Position numbers and translations under genes: made by a program. Source: Haliotis rufescens (taxonomy: Eukaryota). From it: a stretch of 64,000 nucleotides of DNA. The notes beneath the pieces were generated by a model, which was not told the origin of the DNA, did no database searches, and saw only the letters and a program-made list of their open reading frames with translations. The stretch spans positions 57,288,001-57,352,000 of the forward strand of contig NW_025963890.1 of assembly GCF_023055435.1 (NCBI RefSeq). The letters are read 5' to 3'. This document shows positions 25,878 to 38,314 of this stretch, one piece after another (the stretch's first letter is position 1; each line of letters begins with the position of its first letter).

Positions 25878-27012
25878 TCAGTGATGATACCAGGTGTTCG
25901 CGAAATGGTGTTGCCCCACCAGTAGCACCCGTCACAAACACATGCAAAGGCAACCCAATTATTCACCTGAAAAAAACCCCACGGGAACATATTGTTACGT
26001 GTCGATTCCCAAATTGAAACAATATGTTAACCCAGAAATCTGTCCTAAAAGAATGTAGTGTGAAACCAAAAAGCAACTAACATATAGTATACAATCAACA
26101 CTTGTATTACACAATTAACTAGGTTAACAAATCAATACAAGTTACTGCACAGCAATTACAATGACAATACACAATATATAGGTAGTACACTATTCAATGG
26201 CAGTATAAAATGTGAGTGAGTGTGTATGGTTTTATGCCGCTTTTAGCAATATTCCAGCAAAATCACGGCGGGAGACACCAGGAATGGGCTTCACACATTG
26301 TACCCATGTGGGGAATCGAGTCCGGGTCTTCGGCGTGACGAGCAAACGCTTTAACAACTAGGCTACCCGACCACCCCCAGTATAAAATGTGAGAGCAGCA
26401 GAAATGACAATGACAAGAATAATAATTACCACGCGGCAACAGTGGTCAAGCTTCAAAGATAGGCCTTGGCTGAACACTAGGGTGAAAAGTGATCTTAACA
26501 CGAAAGCTAGTAATGTCAGATGAAATGTGAGATGAGACAGGCAGGCATCCGCTCCAACTACCTTCCAGCACTTTCCACACAGTGCTAGACCAGTCCAGTG
26601 TCCCTAAAAATCACAGATTGTTCCATATCTTTCTATACCGCTTGACATCCATCCACGCCATTCCGGAAGTTTACAGGTAGTTCGAGCATCTATATATGAC
26701 AACTTCCTCATCACTGTTTACATTAAATGGTACTAAATTCCTGCATCAGACATACGTTTAATCACTGATGCGTCAAATTTGGAAATGTCCTCCACATATC
26801 TACCATAAACTTTTTAAAAGCTTTACTGGGGTCTTTAATGTTTTAACCTTGATCAAACTGAGTAAGAGTTGTATAACGCTCTTTGAATCTTGGTATAAAG
26901 ATCATGCTCGATTGTACCTCAAAAGTTGTGAAATGTAGACACCAAGGACTGGAGCTGCAAGGACTATTGCATGACATGAAGGGAAAATTGAAGTCATCCA
27001 TCTTGTCAAAGG
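25878..27012 (-). mobile_element. Penelope-like (Naiad-type) RT C-terminal and 3' fragment, split by an insertion
   Basis: Minus strand of 26745-27012 encodes FDKMDDFNFPFMSCNSP and a QG..KFD.S-like segment; the 3' terminal motif is at 25878-26015. Confidence 0.65.
26213..26377 (-). mobile_element. SINE family A, full length with 16-bp TSD
   Basis: TSD CAGTATAAAATGTGAG at 26201-26216 and 26378-26393; A and B boxes; tRNA-Asp(GTC)-like head. Confidence 0.92.
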
Positions 27013-27099
27013 GAAAAAGGCATGTCAAGTGTTCATCTGAACAAGAGAGGGAACTTATGGTACAAAAAGTCAAACTAGAGAAATTTAAGCACATTAAAC

Positions 27100-27283
27100 C
27101 CTTTCGTTTGTGAAAACGACATCAAGTTCAATGAAACCAATGTTATATTTGGGATTACACTTTCCTGCTACAAATTCTAATACTGTGTTGGTTGAGTCCA
27201 ATCAGGGAATCGAACCCACACTCTCAGAGTAAGGCACCTAATCGCCAACAAAGTTAGCGATCTAACCAACTCAGCCACCGAGG
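27100..27283 (-). mobile_element. tRNA-derived SINE head (family E)
   Basis: Minus strand GCCTCGGTGGCTGAGTTGGTTAGATCGCT...GTGGGTTCGATTCCCTG carries A and B boxes but no clean cloverleaf; the 3' boundary is uncertain. Confidence 0.55.
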
Positions 27284-27687
27284 CTGGAAGTCCGACTACT
27301 GGAAGTCTAGACCACGTACTCTGTGTACCCCTCTGACAAGGTGTTGGACATCAGGTTCCTAAACCAAATTTTAACGTTGGCGCATCGTAGACAGATTAAG
27401 ACGAATAAATGTACAACTGATGCAACACAACAATTAACTATTTGTAAGTAGTTGCTCTCGAGTGAACTCTTACGCAAATACAACTTAACATGATTATTAA
27501 TATTCAATCATTGATAGCGATGTTAAAAGATATGGCAGCCCGGACGTGGAACGATCTAGCGTTATTCCATAGGAAGTTATTATTCAAAACTGCTGTGTAG
27601 ATTTAAACTGATGCATGCAACATATCATCAGGGTATACGACAAGACATATGTAATAACCACGGACAAGGTCACTTGACGGACATAAA

Positions 27688-27881
27688 ACAAGAATTATGT
27701 GATAACCAAGTCATGAAGACATGGTCACTTGACAACTTACATCATGTACATCATGTAGAAGGGTAACGTATTGCTGACGGGATACCACGACCCACTGCCA
27801 CACCAGGGGATATAAAATGCCCAGTGCTGGATATTCAGCACATCATCCCTGGCTTGAGTTCTGGTTCAGAAGCAGCACAAG
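27688..27881 (+). promoter_or_regulatory. Promoter and non-coding exon 1 of paralog 4
   Basis: TATAAAA at 27811-27817; donor at 27881/27882. Confidence 0.8.
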
Positions 27882-28201
27882 GTAAGGAAACGTCAACTAT
27901 TTGTGTCATATATAGCTTCAGAATAAAGTTATCCTGACCAAATATAATACGTCTTAAAATGTTTGTACTACTATCTCCAGAGGAAGGAAAAGTAAAAATT
28001 GTATATATAGTGAGTTAATTTGTTTTACGCCAATGTGAACAGTATTTTAGTTATCGCGTCCTCTTATTGTAGGAGGAAAGCCTTTCACGGTTACCTGCCT
28101 TTGTAACGGTAATGGTAGTGAAGTACACATTTCAAGTCATTATTGTTATGTTTATAACTTTCTATTCATATTATTTTTTTATTTTCCAGGAAAGACGAAT
28201 A

Positions 28202-28316
28202 ATGAAAGCAGTAGTTTGTGTCATTTTCGCCTTTGTGGCAGTCACCATTCATGGTAAGTAGTTTAGTGAGTGAGTGAGTTAATATTTAACGTCACATCGG
28301 CAGTACTTTAGTAGAA

Positions 28317-28359
<43 letters not shown>

Positions 28360-29110
28360 CAGCAGTAGTAGTAGTAGCAGCAGTAGTAGTAGTAGCATAA
28401 TTCTTATTATTGTTGCTATTATGTACAGATTAAAATAATAAAATGCAGCAAAGAGGGTTTGCGTGATTCTGGCACAGTCAGGCTGGTTAGGGTCATTATC
28501 AGCTCAGGGTCCTTGCCCCCTCAGCGAATAATAATAAAATAATTATTATTTTTACTCTGTAGATGAAGATTGTATCAATTATATGCATGCCCAAGCATGT
28601 CTCAAACTTATTTTTACAGTATTCAATGTTTTCTTTTGAAGTATTCTAAATAAAATATGATCTGAAATATGTTCTTTTTCAGCTCAGAATAGTGTCGCCC
28701 CCGGAATGACAGCATCTAGCATTCCACTCGGCAACACTGTCAACGGCATACCCCTCGCACCTGCACAGCATCCGAGCCCGATGCCAGGCGCTTTCTTGTC
28801 CCATGCCAGTAATGTCTTCAATAACAACCACCCGACGGCTGCCACCAACAATCACCACGCCAACAACGCTGCCCAGTCCCCCATGAACTATCTCCCTTTC
28901 ATGATGGGGGGTGACAACGGGCGCAGGATGGCCATGTACAGCATGATGATGAACCCAAGGCAGTCCAACAATATGATGCTCCCTTTCGCCATGATGAACG
29001 GCGTCGACAACATGTGGCCCATGATGGCTCTCATGAACAATCGCAACCAGAGAGGTGGACAAGGCTTCGACCCCATGACGATGATGTTTCTTGGAGGCGA
29101 GATGATGTAA
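28202..29110 (+). CDS. Secreted Met/Asn-rich protein, paralog 4 (159 aa)
   Basis: join(28202..28253, 28683..29110); signal MKAVVCVIFAFVAVTIHA; AATAAA at 29251. Confidence 0.92.
28309..28397. repeat. (TAG/CAG)n microsatellite in intron 2
   Basis: Seen directly; the equivalent positions in paralogs 5 and 6 are N-gaps. Confidence 0.95.
28420..28522 (-). mobile_element. 3'-terminal ~100 bp of the R4/Dong-like element, in intron 2
   Basis: Its reverse complement matches 417-521; flanked by TAA/TTA-rich tracts; also present at ~35483-35578 and ~42597-42697. Confidence 0.85.
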
Positions 29111-29286
29111 CCACGACCCTACGACTGTAATAATTTATCCATTTCATGTCACCTATTTATTGAAGAATGGACGTCCCAACTATTTCCGACCCCTGATTCA
29201 TATATTGTATTTCAATTTCAAAAATGTTGCTGTATGAACATTCTCACTAAAATAAAGAGATTGCATCAATATGAAATTAATTGTTT

Positions 29287-29530
29287 TTCGACCCAATGAC
29301 GATGGTTTCTTGGAGGCGAGATGATGTAAACACGACTCTCTTATATTGATTTATCCATTTCATTATATTTCACCTATTTATTGATGTATGAACTAACTAC
29401 CCAACTATGACCGACCGTGAAATTAACGTCACCTTTTTATTGATATATGAACGACAACTGGCAATGTTTTCCTTCTAGAAATGATGTAATAAACATGCTT
29501 TGGAATAATGAAAACCTTTTGTACCACTTC
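29287..29530 (+). pseudogene. Duplicated terminal coding fragment plus a second 3' UTR
   Basis: TTCGACCCAATGACGATGGTTTCTTGGAGGCGAGATGATGTAA is the FDPMTM..LGGEMM* end with a 2-nt deletion; it is followed by the paralog-5/6-type UTR. Confidence 0.85.
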
Positions 29531-30022
29531 ATTAATATAATGAAATATAAAATGTCAATGCAATAGAATAACTAGTCTTGATTATTCGTCGAAACAGATT
29601 CTATTGGACGTAAAACACAAAATGGTGGTGAAAATTATATGAATGGACCACTGAAATTCACTGATGAGGTTTTGCGAAAAGGGTAAGCATGTCCTGTCCT
29701 ACCGGTAGCAACCGCCACTCACACAATTTAAATAAATAATTGTTTATTTCCTGACACCGCACAACACCGCACAACAGTTCCCCTGCCATGTGACGGCGGC
29801 CTGTAAACAAACCAGACAATCAAGTGATCGATGAACCAGAAAATCTAGTGACACGATAGTGCATTTACCGAACTCCGTTGAAACTAATAAACACGATATT
29901 TTAATTTTGCATTACGTCTGTTGCATGTGTACAAGTGCAGAGATTCAGAAAGTCAGCTTTACTTCATCGTCCAGTTGACGATACAACAAAAAGTTCTGTG
30001 TCATGCATGATGAAAAATATTA

Positions 30023-30190
30023 TGAGTGAGTGAATGAGTATGGTTTTACGCCGCTCTTAGCAATATTCCAGCAATATCACGGCGGGGGACACCAGAAATG
30101 GGCTTCACACATTGTACCCATGTTGGGAATCGAGCCCAGGTCTTCGGCGTGACGAGCGAACGCTTTAACCACTAGGCTACCCGACTGCCC
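30023..30190 (-). mobile_element. SINE family A, shared by B1, B2 and B3
   Basis: Full length; equivalent copies at 36853-37023 and 43978-44143 show TSD GAATATTATGAG. Confidence 0.9.
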
Positions 30191-30599
30191 AAGAATACTT
30201 TGAGGTATTACATGTGATGTTTAGTTCATGGATCCGCCGACTTTAAAAATCGAAAATTCTGAAACAAATATCCATGTAATCAGTATGATAAAGGTTTCTA
30301 CCGACTTAGATTCAAATCGCTTTGCCATTAATGACAATTAAATGCCGCTGTCGTATTTTAGATTAACACTGTCTGTAAGGTCCCAAACCAGGCCAAGATT
30401 ATTATTTTTGTACCTACCGATCAAAATCAAACTTTAACATGAATTTTAAAAGAAAATCCAATACTATGCATTTTATTTGTTTATTATGTGCCGACCTATC
30501 GACCAAGTATTTCACAATCAACATCCGTAAAAAAGGAGTCTGACCTACCAATAAAGTAGTGTCGTTCTCGAGGTCAGTGCACCGAACCATGTATTGTAC

Positions 30600-30848
30600 A
30601 AAAGTTCAAAGGTGCCTGATATACCATTGATATGGAACTCCCTTCCCTTCAGCCTTAAAAGTGCACCTTGCATCACTGTGTTTAAGTCTGGACTTCAAAC
30701 ATACCTTTTTGAACGCTACAACTGAATGTGTATAATATTACTATCTTACTGTCCCCACTCTGTTGTTTATATGTACATATGCTGACTTTGCACAGTGAGC
30801 ATGTCCCTCAGTGGTTTGCGTTATACAAATAGCCTTATTATTATTATA
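30600..30848 (+). mobile_element. 3' end of an L2/CR1-type LINE
   Basis: Encodes WNSLPFSLKSAPCITVFKSGLQTYLF, a typical L2 ORF2 C-terminus, and ends GCGTTATACAAATAGCC(TTA)n. Also at ~37420-37850 and ~44545-44790. Confidence 0.75.
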
Positions 30849-31189
30849 TGAACCTCGTAATGCCAACGTCCTTAACTGTTCAAATTGTTTACGTTTTTTT
30901 TTGTCTTCAAATCAAGATGTTCCCATTATATCTGTTAAACACAGAATAATGTGCCTTCAAAAATGGCCGTCACGTTATAACAATATTCGAAGTTTATGCG
31001 GCGGATTCTGAGGTTACACGGTTTCAGCGACTTCATGCAACATCACTACTCCATTGCTGCACGTTGTATTAAATAGTTAGCGAAATAAGCCTAGTGTACA
31101 TGAGTGAGGACTGACGTAGTGCTGTGGTCGCTTTGGGGAACTTGAACTTGCTTTTATTGTAGAACTAGTCCTGAGATTGTGATAGTGAG

Positions 31190-31500
31190 TATAACTTTCC
31201 AATAGCCAACTTTCCCTTCATGTCGAGCAATATTCCGGCAGCTCCAGCCTTTGGTGTTTACATTTCGCAATTTTTGAGATACAATCGAACATGCTATTTC
31301 TACCAACATTTCGAAGAGCGTCCTACAACTCTTGCTCAGAAGTTCTTTGATCAAGGTTACAACATTCAAGGCCTCAGGAAAGCTTTCGTAAAGTTTTATG
31401 GTAGACATGTGGAGGACATTTCCAAATTTGACGCATCAGTGACAAAAATGATGCCCGATGCACTTCCCAATTTTGACTTGTACCATGCTTGTTCCCATGC
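31190..31500 (+). mobile_element. Penelope-like (Naiad-type) RT C-terminal fragment
   Basis: NFPFMSSNIPAAPAFGVYISQFLRYNRTC..F..R...LAQKFFDQGY...L.K.F.KFYGRH. Confidence 0.75.
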
Positions 31501-31734
31501 GCATGATATAGTCGGAATTGTACAATCGACTCTGCTTTAAGAAGAGATTTCTATTGGACATGGAAAGGGTTTTGTCGCTTTATTTATATATAATCATGTC
31601 ATTTCACACCTAAGCCGATCTTGTGTTGAAATACCACCAGTCTCATGCTATCGGAGCAGCATGCAAACTGCTTCTCATTCATGAAGTGACAGCCGCTGAC
31701 ATAACTTTTCTCTGCATATCGAGAGAATAAGATT

Positions 31735-31970
31735 TCGTGTTTTGCCTACGAAGATTTCTACAGCACATGCAACTCTTGCTTAGAAGTTCTTTGATCAGGG
31801 TTACAACCTTCAAGGCCTCAGTAAAGCCTTCAAAGGGTTTTCTGGTAGACATGTGAAGGACATGTACCATATCTTCACGGTTGTTTTTTCAGGTGCACAT
31901 TTGGCTTGCCTTTGCATGTGTTGTCACCGGTGGGGCAGGACATGAAATGGCGAACACTTTACCACTAGGT
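31735..31970 (+). mobile_element. Second, shorter Naiad-type 3' fragment
   Basis: KFFDQGYNLQGLSKAFK-like segment plus the 3' motif; also at ~38385-38630 and ~45780-46020. Confidence 0.65.
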
Positions 31971-32524
31971 TTCCTCAATGCTATATTCGTAATAATAGTT
32001 ATTTTCCTAAAGATAGGTATGAATAAAAGACTCATGGCCTTGGTGCTATTGATATCCACGTTTCTCTCATAGTAAGGGTACACTGTCCATTGATACAAAA
32101 TGTAAGGGGCACATTCATGAACCTTAAGTCACGAATCACTGTTAAGTCGCGGTGATGACACAACGTTCTATGGAAACGGGAATGTATTTCCTGACATGAG
32201 CAAAATTGTATGTTTATAGAAAAAAGTGATACCAATTAGTGCTAATGATAAATTGTCACAATAATTACAGAGGGTGTGGTACTTAGATATCAGATTATTT
32301 TGCAGTGATTTTTTTTTAAATGCCCACTAGTATAATATATTATAAATATTGAAAAAGGGACAGAAACTGTAATCTCAAAATATGTATTTCTGTTGCAACA
32401 AATATGCAGAGTAGCGGATACATTGAGAAGAGGTGTCTAGATCAAAACCTTATCTGAAGCTGTAGTACTATGAGTGGTTACGCTGGAACCGTCGAATAGC
32501 TATAGCCATCCTTGATTATCAGAG

Positions 32525-32776
32525 TTTTTTTGTTTTTGTTTTGTTGTTGTTTAACGCTGCACTCAGCAATATTCCAGCCATATGGCGGCGGTCTGTAAAT
32601 AATCGAGTCTGGACCAGACTATCCAGTGATTGACATCATGAGCATCGATCCACGCAATTCGGACAGATGACATGCATCAACCAAGTCAGCGAGCCTGACC
32701 ACCCGATCCCGTTAGTCGCTTCTTACGGCAAGCGTGGGTTGCTGAAGACCTATTCAACCCCGGGTCTTCACGGGTC
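32525..32776 (-). mobile_element. SINE-like family B, full length with TSD
   Basis: TSD GATTATCAGA at 32514-32523 and 32777-32786; no tRNA A/B boxes in the head. Confidence 0.85.
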
Positions 32777-33246
32777 GATTATCAGATTCGTATAGCTCTT
32801 CTTGGAGTACAAAGTAAGGATAAGCTATATGGATGAACAACTTCTTTATGACAATTGGGGGCGACGTTAGGGTGTAGTTTCTATCATCGTTATCAAGTAA
32901 GTGATGGACTCAAGCAAGTAACATCAGATGCTTGATACCCATTCTATATTGATTAATGCATTGTACCCCTTCACCACCATATCCTCCTTCCAGAAGTGCC
33001 GTTAAAATCTTCTCGCCCATTGTTGATCAAGGCAGAAAGAAGACCATGTGTTTAAATCCAAAGTCTACTCAAAGATTAAAGTAGCTGCATACAACTTATT
33101 AATAACTGAAAATCAGTAATAATAATAGCGATATGCCCAATATTGTTTATTGATCCAACTTCTAACTTGAACACAACAAACTATTTTTGAGGTCAAACCA
33201 GGCAGCTTAAAGCCGTTTAAATGCATAATAGATCAAAGGACATAAT

Positions 33247-33394
33247 TGTGAGTGAGTATGGTTTTACGCCGCTTTTAGCAATATTCCAGGAATACCAGAA
33301 ATGGGCTTCACACATTGTACCCATGTCGGGAATCGAACCCGGGTTTTCGGCGTGACGATCGAACGCTTTAACCACTAGGCTACCCGACCGCCCC
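33247..33394 (-). mobile_element. SINE family A, specific to unit B1
   Basis: TSD TCAAAGGACATAA; empty sites at ~40207 and ~47801. Confidence 0.9.
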
Positions 33395-33426
33395 TCAAAG
33401 GACATAAACATTTCGCAATAATTTGT

Positions 33427-33513
33427 TCACACATTGTACCCATGTCGGGAATCGAACCCGGGTCTTCGGCATGACGAGCGAACGCTTTACCCACTAGGCT
33501 ACCCGACCGCCCC
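33427..33513 (-). mobile_element. SINE family A, 5' half left after a deletion
   Basis: Full-length equivalents at 40485-40649 and 48010-48238. Confidence 0.85.
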
Positions 33514-33663
33514 TATTTGTGACTTAGTAACTCACTCCATAAGCGGGTATACAAAGAAACCTGGGATTCGCGGAGCCTGTCCAAGTACAATGGGAATGTG
33601 CTCCATGCCTAGGTGTCTACTTTCTGTAAGTGTCCTGCGTTGTGATAAGTATCTCGTTTGAAA

Positions 33664-33829
33664 CGGGGCGGAGGGGAAGCTTTGTGGTTAAAGCGGTTGT
33701 TGGTCAAGCCGAAGACACGGGTTCGAATCTCCAAATGGGTAAAATGTCTGAAGCCCATTTCTGGTGTCCCCCGCCGTGATATTGCTGAAATATTGCTAAA
33801 AGCAGCGTAAAACCAAACTCATTCACTCA
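33664..33829 (+). mobile_element. SINE family A, shared by B1, B2 and B3
   Basis: Equivalents at 40800-40965 and 48380-48545. Confidence 0.88.
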
Positions 33830-34504
33830 TTTTGGTGTATGAAACTGAGAAATTGGTCCAGTTTAATCATTAATTTTTTTGTTGATATATGTAACAAAAC
33901 TTGTCCAGACAAACAAAATGATATTTGAAAGGCTTGAATCATGCTGGGAATGTCAATTTGCAGGAGCCGAATCCCCATTGAGAGATTCAATTCTGAATCA
34001 TTATTTAATATAAAAACAATTTTAGAAATATATCATCATATTTATCTAACTTGACAAGAACAATACCAGGCACACACAGAGACTGTCAATGTTATGTACC
34101 TTGTCCAGCCCGAGGAGATTTTTGTGTATACAAAATATGTAATGCATATTCATAAATTCGAGGAAACTCAGACAAATAAACATTAGCTCATATTCATATT
34201 CAAACATTGGTGTTTAGAAATTAACGATAAAAAATTCGTTGAGATTTTATTTTGTAAGACGCATTTGAGTCATCCTTAAAGAAACTATATGAGATAATAT
34301 GTCAAATATGATGAGAGTTGGGTATTCTGGACTTATACGAACATGGAGTACATGGCACAATGACACTTCAATTCATTAGCCTGTCCACAATTACAGGAAA
34401 ACTCTGTTGTCAACTGGCCTAGTTAATCAAGAGAAGACTGTTATTCAATATGAACTTCGTGGAAGTTTAAAATTATCGTTGCGACATGTTTAAACCGACA
34501 TACA

Positions 34505-34698
34505 ACAAGAATTATGTGATAACCAAGTCATGAAGACATGGTCACTTGACAACTTACATCATGCACATTATGTAGACGGGTAATGTATTGCTGACGGGAG
34601 ACCACGACCCACTGCCACACCAGGGGATATAAAAGGCCCAGTGATGGACATTCAACACATCATCCCTGGCTTGAGTTCTGGTTCAGAAGCAGCACAAG
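34505..34698 (+). promoter_or_regulatory. Promoter and non-coding exon 1 of paralog 5
   Basis: TATAAAA at 34628-34634; donor at 34698/34699. Confidence 0.8.
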
Positions 34699-34727
34699 GT
34701 AAGGAAACGTCAACTATTTGTGTCATA

Positions 34728-34905
34728 GTGAGTGAGTGAGTGAGTGAGTTAGTTTGGTTTTACGCCGCTTTTAGCAATATTCCAGCAATATCACGGCGGG
34801 GGACACCAGAAATGGGCTTCACACATTGTACCCATGTCGGGATTCGAACCCGGGTCTTCGGCGTGACGAGCGAACGCTTTAACCAGTAGGCTACCCGACC
34901 GCCCC
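34728..34905 (-). mobile_element. SINE family A in intron 1 of paralog 5
   Basis: TSD TTGT(G/A)TCATA; also in paralog 6, with empty sites in paralogs 2, 3, 4 and 7. Confidence 0.92.
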
Positions 34906-35207
34906 TTGTATCATATAAAGCTTCAGAATAAAGTAATCCTAACCAAATATAATACGTCTTTAAATGTTTGAACTACTATCTCCAGAGGAAATAATAGTAA
35001 AAATTGTATATATAGTGAGTTAATTTGTTTTACGCCAATGTGAACAGTATTTTAGTTATCGCGTCCTCTTATTGTAGGAGGCAAGCCCTTTGTAACGGTT
35101 ACCTGCCTTTGTAACGGTAATGGTAGTGAAGTACACAATTTTAAGTCATTATTGTTATGTTTATTACTTTCTATTCATATTTTTTTTTTCTCCAGGAAAG
35201 ACGAATT

Positions 35208-36149
35208 ATGAAAGCAGTAGCTTGTGTCATTTTCGCCTTTGTGGCAGTCACCATTCATGGTAAGTAGTTTAGTGAGTGAGTGAGTTAATATTTAACGTCA
35301 CATCGGCAGTACTTTAGTAGTANNNNNNNNNNNNNNNNNNNNNNNNNNNNNNNNNNNNNNNNNNNNNNNNNNNNNNNNNNNNNNNNNNNNNNNNNNNNNN
35401 NNNNNNNNNNNNNNNNNNNNNNNNNNNNNNNNNNNNNNNNNNNNNNNNNNNNNNNNNGCATAATTATTAATATTGTTGTTATTATGTACAGATTAAAATA
35501 ATAAAATGCAGCAAAGAGGGTTTGGGTGATTCTGACACAGTCAGGCTGGTTAGGGTCATCATCAGCTCGGGGTCCTTGTTATTTATTATTATTATTCTGA
35601 AGACGAAAATTTTAACTATTATATGCATGTCCAAGCATGTTTCAAACTATTTCTTACAGTATTCAATGTTTTCTTTTGAAGTATTCTAAATAAAATATGA
35701 TTGGAAATATGTCCTTTTCAGCTCAGAATAGTGTCGCCCCCGGAATGACGGCATCTAGCATTCCACTCGGCAACACCGTCAACGGCATACCCCTCGCACC
35801 TGCACAGCATCCGAGCCCGATGCCAGGCGCTCTCTTGTCCCATGCCAGTAATGTCTTCAATAACAACCACCCGACGGCTGCCACCAACAATCACCACGCC
35901 AACAACGCTGCCCAGTCCCCCATGAACTTTCTCCCTTTCATGATGGGGGGTGACAACGGGCGCAGGATGGCCATGTACAGCATGATGATGAACCCAAGGC
36001 AGTCCAACAATATGATGCTCCCTTTCGCCATGATGAACGGCGTCGACAACATGTGGCCCATGATGGCTCTCATGAACAATCGCAACCAGAGAGGTGGACG
36101 AGGCTTCGACCCTATGACAATGATGTTTCTTGGAGGCGAGATGATGTAA
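35208..36149 (+). CDS. Secreted Met/Asn-rich protein, paralog 5 (159 aa)
   Basis: join(35208..35259, 35722..36149); signal MKAVACVIFAFVAVTIHA; N-gap inside intron 2; AATAAA at 36307. Confidence 0.9.
35323..35457. other. N-gap over the intron-2 microsatellite
   Basis: Run of N. Confidence 0.99.
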
Positions 36150-36852
36150 ACACGACTCTCTTATATTGATTTATCCATTTCATTTTATTTCACCTATTTA
36201 TTGATGTATGAACTAACTACCTAACTATGACCGACCGTGGATTAACGTCACCTTTTTATTGATATATGAACGACAACTGGCAATGTTTTCCTTCTAGAAA
36301 TGATGTAATAAACATGCTTTGGAATAATGAAAACCCTTTGTACCACTTTATAAATATAATGAAATATAAAATGTCAATGCAATAGAATAACTTGTCTTGA
36401 TTATTCGTCGAAACAGATTCTATTGGACGTAAAACACAAAATGGTGGTGAAAATTATATGAATGGACCACTGAAACTCACTGATGAGGTTTTGCGAAAAG
36501 GGTAAGCATGTCCTGTCCTACCGGTAGCAACCGCCACTCACACAATTTAAATAAATAATTGTTTATTTCCTGACACCGCACAACACCGCACAACACCGCA
36601 CAACAGTTCCCCTGCGATGTGACGGCGACCTGTTAACAAACCAGACAATCAAGTGATCGATGAACCAGAAAATCTAGTGACACGATAGTGCATTTACCGA
36701 ACTCCGTTGAAACTAATAAACACGATATTTTAATTTTGCATTACGTCTGTTGCATGTGTACAAGTGCAGAGATTAAGAAAGTTAGCTTTACTTCATCGTC
36801 CAGTTGACGATACAATAAAAAGTTCTAAGTCATGCCTGATAAAGAATATTAT

Positions 36853-37023
36853 GAGTGAGTGAATGAGTATGGTTTTACGCCGCTCTTAGCAATATTCCAG
36901 CAATATTATCACGGCGGGGGACACCAGAAACGGGCTTCACATATTGTAGACATGTTGGGAATCGAACGGGGGTCTTCGGCGTGACGAGCGAACGCTTTAA
37001 CCACTAGGCTACCCGACTGCCCC
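36853..37023 (-). mobile_element. SINE family A
   Basis: Equivalent of the 30023 copy; TSD GAATATTATGAG. Confidence 0.9.
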
Positions 37024-37600
37024 GGAATATTATGAGGTATTACATGTTCTGTTTAGTTCATGGATCCGCCGACTTTAAACATCGAAAATTCTGAAACAAA
37101 TATACATGTAATCAGTATGATTAAGGTTTCTACCGCCGACGGTTAAAATTGCTTTGCCATTAATGACAATTAAATGCGGCTGTCATATTTTAGATTTATA
37201 AGTCTGTAAGGTCCCAAACCAGGCCAAGATTTTGTTTTTGTAGCTACCGATCCAAATCAAACTTCAACATGATTTTTTTTTAAAAATCCAATACTATGCA
37301 TTTTATTTGTTCATTTTTTGCCGACCAAGTATTTCACAATCAACATCCGTAAAAAAGGAGTCTGACCTACCAATAAAGTAGTGTTGTTCTCGAGGTAAGT
37401 GCACCGAACCATGTATTGTACCAAAGTTCAAAGATGCCTGATATACCATTGATATGGAACTCCCTTCCCTTCAGCCGTAAAAGTGCACCTGGCATCAGTG
37501 TGTTTAAGTCTGGACTTCAAACATACCTTTTTGAACGCTACAACTGAATGTGTATATTTTTACTATCTTACTGTCCCCACTCTGTTGTATATGTGTACAA

Positions 37601-37769
37601 GGGGCGGTCGGGTAGCCTAGTGGTTAAAGCGTTCGCTCGTCACGCCTAAGACCCGGGTTCGATTCCCGACATGGGTACAATGTATGGAGCCCATTTCTGG
37701 TGTCACCCGCCGTGATATTGCTGGAATATTGCTCTAGAGGCGGCGTAAAACCATACTCACTCACTCACT
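37601..37769 (+). mobile_element. SINE family A, specific to unit B2, inside the L2 3' UTR
   Basis: A box TAGCCTAGTGG, B box GGTTCGATTCC and (ACTC)n tail; empty sites at ~30775 and ~44715. Confidence 0.92.
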
Positions 37770-38052
37770 ATATATGTATATATGCTGACTTTGCGCAGTG
37801 AGCATGTCCCTCAGTGGTTTGCGTTATACAAATAGCCTTATTATTATTATATGAACCTCGTAATGCCAAAGTCCTTAACTGTTCAAATTGTTTACGTTTG
37901 TTTTTGTCTTCAAATCAAGATGTATCCATAATATCTGTTAAGCACAGAATAACGTGCCTTCAAAAATGGCCGTCACGTTATAACAATATTCGAAGTTTAT
38001 GCGGCGGATTCTGGTGTCACACGGTTTCAGCGACTTCATACTCATACGAAAT

Positions 38053-38314
38053 GGGTCGGCCGGGTAGCCTAGTGGTTAAAGACCCGGGTTCGATTTCCGA
38101 CATGGGTACAATGTGTGAAGCCCATTTCTGGTGCACCCCAGTGATTGACACCATGAGCATCGATCCACGCATTTCGGACAGATGACATGCATCAAACAAG
38201 TCAGCGAGCCTGCTCAACCCGATCCCGTTACTCGACTTTTACGACACTCATAGTCGCCTTTTATGACAAGCATGGGTTGCTGAAGACCTATTCTACCCAT
38301 GAAATCTTCACGGG
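38053..38314. mobile_element. SINE A head (+) fused to a family-B 5' half (-)
   Basis: Two opposed partial elements stand in place of ~640 bp present in B1 and B3. Confidence 0.75.

Noticed and set aside
29660-29705. CTGATGAG..CGAAA as a minimal hammerhead
   Set aside because: No correctly placed NUH or stem I; it is the antisense of the PLE 3' motif with a small deletion.
37601-37675. tRNA-Asp-like genes
   Set aside because: Acceptor stem does not close; each is followed by a SINE body, tail and TSD, so these are SINE heads.
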